Virus record (IMG/VR): IMGVR_UViG_3300037634_005690 | Coordinates: 1-25,223 of that record | Length of the DNA stretch: 25,223 nucleotides | Source: a virus | Lineage: Duplodnaviria > Caudoviricetes | Reading direction: 5' to 3' (one strand) | In this document: positions 19,157 through 25,223 of the stretch, piece after piece | Position numbering within the stretch: position 1 is the first letter of the stretch | How the letters are laid out: the number at the start of each line of letters is the position of its first letter | The notes under the pieces: generated by a model | Told to the model about the DNA's origin: nothing | Seen by the model: the letters and a program-made list of their open reading frames with translations, nothing else | Database searches by the model: none | Made by a program: the position numbers and the translations under genes

Positions 19157-21540
19157 TGCCACAAAATCCAGACTATAAAGATTCTTATTTGCTGGTTAAT
19201 TCTAATTTAATTGGCCTCAGGAATCGTGTGAAAAAGAGAGGCTCTCGCGGCAATTATGCTCTGCGTAGATCATGGGGCATTGCCGACAATCTGCGTGGGA
19301 TATTAGGAAGTTACTACGTTAATTATCCCACTCGACGCGGCAGCGGAGGCAACCAGCGTGCCCTAGATAATTTTGCTTCTGATAAGCTTCGCAATGCGTG
19401 GCACCGCAAACAAGTTAAAAACATTCCTTTAGCTTTAACGCCCTTCAGCACGATTGATGACAACTTGGGACCCAAGAGCGGCAAATATTTAATAAGGTTG
19501 GATAATACTGCTTGGAATGCACTGGCATGGCGAAGCACTACTCAAAATCTGCTCCGTAAGAGTATTGACACAGAAGGGGAGGACGAGGGAGATCCTTATT
19601 GGGGATACTTTATCAAACAGGGGTTTCCGCAAGGAAGCCTAGGTCGTCGCTCAGGTATTTTGCCCCCGCCGGCCATAAATACGAATAATTCCTATTTGGA
19701 CCACACAATGCTTTATCTGGCTCCATCTTCGGATTCTAAAATTCGCCAGGCTAGCAACGCTAATTTGAAGATAGATTCGGTTTATAATTATTTTGTAGAT
19801 ACGACGCCCGAGTATGAGACAATTTCGCTGAAAGCCTCTGAGCCAATGCTGACCAATTTTTATTGTTTAGAATCGGAACTAAGAAATACGGGCTCGACTC
19901 TTAACTCTCCTGACTATTTTGGGCAGCTAACACTTGATGGGCGCCTCCAAGAGCTAAACATTGATGGGGATCCGGAGCCGGATCCATGGTTCCAGAAAGT
20001 TGAAGGCCCTGCCGGCGGCTTTACCGAGAGTGACACTGTGCAACTTTACACACTATACAGCAAGGGTTTGCAAATTATACAAAATACTACGGGGTTAGAG
20101 GAGCTTAAGAGCGTTTTTAATCGCAAGTATAAAAATATAGTTATTTTAAATTCGGACTTGGAGGCCATGAGTAACCTGGTCACAAGAGATGATCAGACTT
20201 CTGGTTTAAGAAATCTGCCATTTTATAATAAGATCACCATTGGAAGAGACGACGGTAGCGTTTCGGACCCTGATAAAATTTTGGATGGCAATTCTTTTTT
20301 CGGGCGCCTTATTAGTGATCTCAATAGTGAACTTGGCGAAGGCGCCGGGAGCAGCCTAATCGATGTTTTGCAGCTCTATGTTGTACAAAACCTAGAAAAC
20401 CCGACCCTGAATGTTTCAGGAATTCCGTTTACCAGGCGAACTCTTACTCGCCGGAGCGCCACAAATCCTCAGGTTAACCTAACCAATGTGGACTCTTCAG
20501 TTATAACATTTAATTTTAACATGGATGCATTTCTGGCAGACTATAATAGCACTAGGATGGCGAATCTTCTAGATAGAATTAATGAGAATGAGACCACTGA
20601 TGACAATTTTATTTTGATTCGAGACTATAATCAAACACCTCAACCGGCAACCATCGAAACTGTACAAACCTTTAAAATGCTGAACGATGATGATAGGATC
20701 AACTACCCGATTCGATCTGCAGACGAGATCATTCTAGAAAATAAAAGGTGTTATAATCAAACCCTTTTGTACAAGATTGATAAGAGAGTGATTGATTCTG
20801 CTGGAAATGTGGGCTCAACACCCGTACAAACATTCTATATTGGAAAATCTTTCAAGGGAAGGGACATTCGTTACATAGACTCGCAAGTTAAGTACGGTAC
20901 GCGTTATCGGTACGAGATTAGTGAAATAAGAATAGTATTTGGCTCTCGATACAGTTATAAAGATTTGAAAGTATTTTTCTCAACTGCAGCTGGCCTCGGC
21001 CGTGCAGTGGGGAATGCTTTGGGATTTTACAGGCCGATAAGAAGTGACATTCAACTGGATGATTATGTAAACAATCAAGTGATGGAGTACGCGGCAAAGG
21101 ATAAGGATTTACCTTTTTCTGCAGTGGGGATAGAGGGCACCACGGAAACTGAATCTGCTCAGGTGGGGTATTACATTTTTAAACCGTCCAATCCGCGAGG
21201 CATTCCGATGGCGGATTTCTTGGACCTCCGCCGTGTGGGGACCGATTTCGTCAGTGCAAGGGATACTGGCGCTGATGCGGAGTTATTAAATAAAATGGAA
21301 GTTATGATCAAAGAAGGGTTTGGGCTTACAGGGAACGAGTCGGGTGGCGCCATGCCTGGCCACCTGACAGGATTCGAGCCCTCGAAGAACTTGAGGGCGC
21401 CGGCAATCGAAACACCTGTCGTTCCGATTGCTGGTACGACCCCTGGCGAGCTGGCACAGGCGCGCCTCCAGAGGCAACAGCTTACTTCCGGGCGCCAAAG
21501 CCTTATGAGGCGCCTGCTGAGGAAAAATAGAAACCAATGA
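19156..21540 (+). CDS. Hypothetical protein, probably structural, with an FN3/Ig-like motif (794 aa)
   Basis: GTG start overlaps the upstream TAG (TAGTG), with GAGGGAG at 19139-19145. YIDSQVKYGTRYRYEI resembles the FN3-type 'Y-x-D-x-x-V-x-x-G-x-x-Y-x-Y' strand. Confidence 0.72.
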   Translation: MPQNPDYKDSYLLVNSNLIGLRNRVKKRGSRGNYALRRSWGIADNLRGILGSYYVNYPTRRGSGGNQRALDNFASDKLRNAWHRKQVKNIPLALTPFSTIDDNLGPKSGKYLIRLDNTAWNALAWRSTTQNLLRKSIDTEGEDEGDPYWGYFIKQGFPQGSLGRRSGILPPPAINTNNSYLDHTMLYLAPSSDSKIRQASNANLKIDSVYNYFVDTTPEYETISLKASEPMLTNFYCLESELRNTGSTLNSPDYFGQLTLDGRLQELNIDGDPEPDPWFQKVEGPAGGFTESDTVQLYTLYSKGLQIIQNTTGLEELKSVFNRKYKNIVILNSDLEAMSNLVTRDDQTSGLRNLPFYNKITIGRDDGSVSDPDKILDGNSFFGRLISDLNSELGEGAGSSLIDVLQLYVVQNLENPTLNVSGIPFTRRTLTRRSATNPQVNLTNVDSSVITFNFNMDAFLADYNSTRMANLLDRINENETTDDNFILIRDYNQTPQPATIETVQTFKMLNDDDRINYPIRSADEIILENKRCYNQTLLYKIDKRVIDSAGNVGSTPVQTFYIGKSFKGRDIRYIDSQVKYGTRYRYEISEIRIVFGSRYSYKDLKVFFSTAAGLGRAVGNALGFYRPIRSDIQLDDYVNNQVMEYAAKDKDLPFSAVGIEGTTETESAQVGYYIFKPSNPRGIPMADFLDLRRVGTDFVSARDTGADAELLNKMEVMIKEGFGLTGNESGGAMPGHLTGFEPSKNLRAPAIETPVVPIAGTTPGELAQARLQRQQLTSGRQSLMRRLLRKNRNQ

Positions 21541-22847
21541 AGTTTTACTGGTATTTAGACATCGAAGAAGATTCACGAGTCGAAGTCGCCTCGGAGTATG
21601 AGGTACCGATTAATGATGCTGCAGCCCGTGGCGCCTTTTCAGTTGGCCCCGTTGAGCTAGCCGATAATGAAAAGCTGTCAGTGCGGGCGCTGATTCAGAA
21701 GTTTCAAGATGCTTTTGACAATGCTTATGCCACAGGCGTCGCCCCGCGTCAATATGAAATAGAGGCCCGTATTCGTCCTTATGCACCGGGTGGAGTGGAA
21801 GATGCTGGGTTTGTTACTGCGGTTACAGATGGCCGTGAGCTAATTGTAGAATATAGGATTTTTAATAGTGAGAATGTAGGGTTTACTCTTCTCTTTCGCT
21901 CGGGCCCCCATGGATCTAGCGGCGGCCTACTCGCTGGTCCAAAAGCAGTTGTTGGCGGCCCACCGGTCGCCGAGGTGATGGTTGACAATCAACCAGACAT
22001 TAGAGGCTTCGCGGCGCCCTATTGCCAGTTGGAGGCCACTATTACAGATAGTCCGCCGGTCCCGCCGGATGTTGTTTTCGTGCCCTTTGTTGGAGTTAAT
22101 AATAAGGTGATGGTCTTGTTTAATTCAAATGCAGGAGAAAAGCTGGCAAAACCCATCGTACTCCGCGACACTGATGTCTCCTTCGTTATCGACGAGTATT
22201 TTTCACAGCATCAAATAAGTATCACACAAGAGGATCTTCTTGCGTTTGGAACCGCTTCAGAGCTTAAATTGCAATATCGTAATGATGATCCTATTCGTAA
22301 ATATGAATTATTTCGGATTGACACAAAGCCCGAGGGCTATGATGCATTCAGAAATACTAACGTAACGCCTGATCCGATTCAAGCAGAGCTCGGCCCCGAC
22401 AAGTATTCTACAGCTGTGGCGTTCGTTGATAGCATTGTTCCTAATAGAAAGTATTGGTATTGCGCGCGCTCTATTGACATCCATAACAACATCTCAAATC
22501 CTACTTACATTTTTGAGATTGAGATGGTAGACAACCGGGGACAAATGTTTTTGCGAAATAAGGTCTTTATGTTTGAGCCACACATGTTAAACTATAAAAA
22601 ACAGGGTCGCCGATTTTTGGCGATTGTTCCCAGAATGAGTCAAACTTTTTATGATTCGAGCGAATCATCCCCGGGAACTATTGCTATAAATGAAGCCCCG
22701 CAACCTAACATTTTGGGGACCAAAGAAGTGATCCAGACCTCTTCGGTTTGGGGGAAGAAGTTTAAAGTTCGTGTAACGAGCAAGAAGACAGGTAGAAAAG
22801 TTGACTTAAATTTGACGTTTAAAAACGATGGAGTTGTTATTCCATAG
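21537..22847 (+). CDS. Hypothetical protein, probably structural, with an FN3-like motif (436 aa)
   Basis: ATGA overlap with the upstream gene. DSPPVPP...YELFR...FVDSIVPNRKYWYCARSIDIHNNISNP follows the FN3 pattern. Confidence 0.72.
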   Translation: MKFYWYLDIEEDSRVEVASEYEVPINDAAARGAFSVGPVELADNEKLSVRALIQKFQDAFDNAYATGVAPRQYEIEARIRPYAPGGVEDAGFVTAVTDGRELIVEYRIFNSENVGFTLLFRSGPHGSSGGLLAGPKAVVGGPPVAEVMVDNQPDIRGFAAPYCQLEATITDSPPVPPDVVFVPFVGVNNKVMVLFNSNAGEKLAKPIVLRDTDVSFVIDEYFSQHQISITQEDLLAFGTASELKLQYRNDDPIRKYELFRIDTKPEGYDAFRNTNVTPDPIQAELGPDKYSTAVAFVDSIVPNRKYWYCARSIDIHNNISNPTYIFEIEMVDNRGQMFLRNKVFMFEPHMLNYKKQGRRFLAIVPRMSQTFYDSSESSPGTIAINEAPQPNILGTKEVIQTSSVWGKKFKVRVTSKKTGRKVDLNLTFKNDGVVIP

Positions 22848-22866
22848 GAATAATAATTATTTATTC

Positions 22867-22876
22867 ACTATTTATA
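22867..22876 (+). promoter_or_regulatory. Putative phage late promoter ACTATTTATA
   Basis: Lies in an AT-rich 48-nt intergenic gap, 19 nt before the ATG at 22896 and followed by a GAGG SD (22882-22885). An identical 10-mer is at 25010, and a near-copy TATTTATT is at 22858-22865. Confidence 0.55.
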
Positions 22877-22895
22877 TTCGAGAGGTTAAAAGAAA

Positions 22896-23879
22896 ATGAG
22901 TTTCTTAGATAATTCAGGCGACATCATACTTGATGCAGTTTTGACAGATACAGGCCGAATGCGCCTGGCAAAAGGCGACGGCAGTTTTAAGATAGACAAA
23001 TTTGCCTTAGGCGACGACGAGATAGATTATAGTCTTTATGACAAAAATAACGCTAGCGGATCCGCCTATTACGATTTGACAATCCTACAGACCCCCGTTT
23101 TAGAAGCATTTACCAACAACATGTCTAGCATGAAGTCGCGCCTCTTAAGCGTTAACGATAACGACCTCTTATATCTTCCGGTCATTAAGTTGTTCACCCA
23201 GGCAGGCTTAGGGTCTGCTCTTAATGCCAATGGGTTTTATGTGATTCCGGTCGACAAAAGCACGGTCGAAACTGGTTTTGGCACTGCCCTAGGAAGCGGT
23301 ATTTTGAACGGTTACCGCCCCAGTGACGATAGCGCACGAGTTGAACTTCAACAAGGCCTTAACACTACAGAGTTGGCGAAAGAAGATCCTCTGAGCGATC
23401 AACTCGTAGAAAATCAGTACATTATTCAAATTGATAATCGGTTGGGCCAGGTTTTTCCATCTGCTACGAATTCATCTGCGGTACGCGCACAGAATGCCGC
23501 CTCTAATGTGCAGCTAGCTCCAGCCACTTATGCCTTTTTGGATGATGATGGAATCGCTAATTACTATTTTGTTGGGGGAGAAGAGGGTCGCGGCTATGTC
23601 AATAATCTTGGTGCCACCGATGCCTCTTCCATCGATGGCCCTCGGGGAACCAAGCTAGACTTCCGAATCGGGGCTAGCCTGGAGTTAAGAAACAGCAGCT
23701 ATCTTTTTGAGCAGCTGGGATCTGTCGGCTCTGCGACGATCACTAACGATGCGACAAAGGGACAAAATCTCGTCCCTGGTACAAACCCTTATCGTTTTAT
23801 CGACTCGGTGATCCGCGTCGCTGGAGTAAACACCGGATACAGCGTTGATATACCTGTTAGGTTTGTTAAGTTATCATAA
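22896..23879 (+). CDS. Hypothetical virion/baseplate protein (327 aa) with tail-collar (DUF3751-like) N-terminal motif
   Basis: Clear SD and ATG. LTDTGRMRLAKG...IDKFALGDD resembles the 'LT.AG...LA......I..MAVGDG' start of tail-collar fibre domains. Paralogous N-terminus in 15109..16107. Confidence 0.72.
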   Translation: MSFLDNSGDIILDAVLTDTGRMRLAKGDGSFKIDKFALGDDEIDYSLYDKNNASGSAYYDLTILQTPVLEAFTNNMSSMKSRLLSVNDNDLLYLPVIKLFTQAGLGSALNANGFYVIPVDKSTVETGFGTALGSGILNGYRPSDDSARVELQQGLNTTELAKEDPLSDQLVENQYIIQIDNRLGQVFPSATNSSAVRAQNAASNVQLAPATYAFLDDDGIANYYFVGGEEGRGYVNNLGATDASSIDGPRGTKLDFRIGASLELRNSSYLFEQLGSVGSATITNDATKGQNLVPGTNPYRFIDSVIRVAGVNTGYSVDIPVRFVKLS

Positions 23880-23890
23880 GGAAATAAATA

Positions 23891-24982
23891 ATGGCCACTT
23901 CATTTAAAACAATTGATCCAAAAGATGTAGTCTCTACTAGAAATCTGTTACACGAAGCAATCCCCATTACCGGCACTATCGTATCTGGAACCTACTCTGG
24001 CTCGACCGGAGAGACCAACATCAAGAACTATTCTCACGGTATGTTTCAGTCGGTTTACGATTACCCTTATTTGAGTTCTTCTGCCAATCACATTTTTGAC
24101 GTAACGTGGGGATATTCAAATAGTTCTGCTCTTTCTTCTTCTACTAATGTTCAAAATGCTAAGAAAATCAACATTTATAACGAGATGGCTCAAGTTTTAG
24201 CTGGCTTTGATGAGAACGGCAATGTGCGCCAATTCGATGAAGACGGCGATTTAACCGGCGGCAGCAAGATTAATGAAGCAGTCTTTGTTAACTTTTCACG
24301 CCTTCTGGCTAAGGATGAAATCAAAAAAGGAAGCTTTACTATAGAGTTGGGCGTCGAGCAGGACATTGGCCCCTGCATGGGCCAGGTTATCTCCATAACC
24401 GATGCTAGTGGTTCATCAGGATTTAAGGTGAATTCTCCCGCAGGAGAATACGGCCTATTGTTTGCGACCAATAAGGTCGGCACTCCTATGCCTACGTCCG
24501 ATTTCGTCGCTGGGCTGGTTTACTATCAGGCAGGAATAGCAGTCTTATCTGCCTCAGTATTTTCTTCCACTTCCGGCAGCGCTGGTGGTATGTTGACAAA
24601 AGGCTGCGAAATGGTTAAGAACAATGAGGTCGGATACCAGTATATTCAGGGGATGCTCACCGGATCATCCATTTCGGGTTCTTGTGATGCTTTCCGTCGC
24701 CGCCTTTACAATGTTCAATTTAATAATACCACTGAGCTGAACTCGACCATTTACTTCTGCCGAGCAAGCCATAATGATTTTAATTATTCGTCCAATCCTA
24801 CGTACCTGAGCGCTAGCAAACTTGTGGTAAAGAACAAGTCGACCGACTCCCCGGTCAGCTATGCTACGGCGGTTGGTCTTTATTCGGCGGACAACGAACT
24901 TCTTGCTGTGGCCAAGTTGTCAGAGCCGTTACGTAAGGACCCCTCATCCGAGTTTACACTCCGGGTTCGTCTGGACTACTAG
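23891..24982 (+). CDS. Hypothetical virion/baseplate protein (363 aa) with tail-collar-like C-terminal motif
   Basis: AAGGA SD upstream. C-terminal YATAVGLYSADNELLAVAKLSEPLRKD...LRVRLDY resembles the 'E.GL.D..G.L.AVA' motif of DUF3751-type domains. Confidence 0.72.
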   Translation: MATSFKTIDPKDVVSTRNLLHEAIPITGTIVSGTYSGSTGETNIKNYSHGMFQSVYDYPYLSSSANHIFDVTWGYSNSSALSSSTNVQNAKKINIYNEMAQVLAGFDENGNVRQFDEDGDLTGGSKINEAVFVNFSRLLAKDEIKKGSFTIELGVEQDIGPCMGQVISITDASGSSGFKVNSPAGEYGLLFATNKVGTPMPTSDFVAGLVYYQAGIAVLSASVFSSTSGSAGGMLTKGCEMVKNNEVGYQYIQGMLTGSSISGSCDAFRRRLYNVQFNNTTELNSTIYFCRASHNDFNYSSNPTYLSASKLVVKNKSTDSPVSYATAVGLYSADNELLAVAKLSEPLRKDPSSEFTLRVRLDY

Positions 24983-25009
24983 CTGCGGCATTCTTAAAAA
25001 TAATACCAA

Positions 25010-25019
25010 ACTATTTATA
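25010..25019 (+). promoter_or_regulatory. Putative phage late promoter ACTATTTATA
   Basis: Second exact copy of the 10-mer, in a 53-nt intergenic gap 16 nt upstream of the ATG at 25036. It forms part of a short inverted repeat ACTATT-TAT-AATAGT (25010-25024). Confidence 0.55.
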
Positions 25020-25035
25020 ATAGTAGGGAATTTAG

Positions 25036-25223
25036 ATGCCGGTTTATAAGTTTAAACAGAATGATGTCTTTCACAATACTTTAAAGACATATCCGCAAAT
25101 TAAATATTTCATGTATAATGGGTCCGCCTATTATAATGATGTGCCTGACATGTCCGGATCTTTTACGGGTTCGGTTCGGTGCACCGACGCCGGAAGTATT
25201 AGTTTATTTGAATTGAATGTAGA
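25036..25223 (+). CDS. Hypothetical protein, 3'-truncated by the window edge (not in the ORF track)
   Basis: Hand translation MPVYKFKQNDVFHNTLKTYPQIKYFMYNGSAYYNDVPDMSGSFTGSVRCTDAGSISLFELNV... is open to the edge. It is preceded by the promoter-like motif and AGGG, and has the same SGS/TGS bias as its neighbours. Confidence 0.75.
   Translation, partial: MPVYKFKQNDVFHNTLKTYPQIKYFMYNGSAYYNDVPDMSGSFTGSVRCTDAGSISLFELNV

Noticed and set aside
21515-21540. Programmed -1 frameshift fusing the 794-aa and 436-aa ORFs at GGAAAAA
   Set aside because: The downstream frame has a TAG at 21528-21530, right after the A-run. An ordinary ATGA coupled restart explains the junction.
15103-24982. Genome-wide TAG reassignment (alternative genetic code), suggested by the in-frame TAG at 15103
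   Set aside because: Very long ORFs are intact under code 11. The other TAG stops (19154, 22845, 24980) are followed by in-frame TAA within 1-17 codons or overlap the next start, so TAG behaves as a stop.
25010-25024. Inverted repeat ACTATT-TAT-AATAGT as a terminator
   Set aside because: The 6-bp AT-rich stem has no U-tract and is too weak. It is better explained as part of the promoter-like motif.
1457-25049. Numerous short alternative-frame and minus-strand ORFs in the track (e.g. 4471..4983 -, 8138..8569 +, 14595..14930 -, 24861..25049 +)
   Set aside because: They lie entirely or almost entirely within long plus-strand genes, have no recognisable motifs, and are the expected shadow ORFs.
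1-25223. CRISPR array, tRNA/rRNA, DGR repeats or IS elements
   Set aside because: Intergenic gaps are at most about 53 nt, and no long direct repeats, reverse transcriptase, integrase or transposase motifs were seen by eye. A self dot-plot would be the decisive check.

Overview
The window is a gene-dense, all-plus-strand structural module, most consistent with the baseplate/tail region of a large, probably uncultured, contractile-tailed (myovirus-type) phage. It holds 11 co-oriented CDSs, two truncated by the window edges, joined by short spacers or overlapping stop/start codons. The order is: T4 gp25-like wedge subunit, T4 gp6/baseplate-J-like wedge subunit, a DNRLRE/CBM96-like protein, a 3821-aa gp7/P2-gpI-like protein with several LamG domains, then seven uncharacterised probable virion proteins. 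No RNA genes, CRISPR arrays, mobile elements or terminators were seen. The most unusual signals are: (1) a lysine-free, protamine-like C-terminal tail on the giant protein (43 Arg in 106 aa, ending in R9), with smaller Arg patches on two downstream proteins; (2) a GC-rich, apparently nested LamG insertion; (3) a repeated intergenic motif ACTA(T/A)TTAT, a likely late promoter whose core is the reverse complement of the T4 late promoter; (4) paralogous or split DUF3751-like tail-collar motifs; (5) pervasive [ST]-[GSA]-[ST] tripeptides. All family assignments come from motif recognition by eye, not from database searches.
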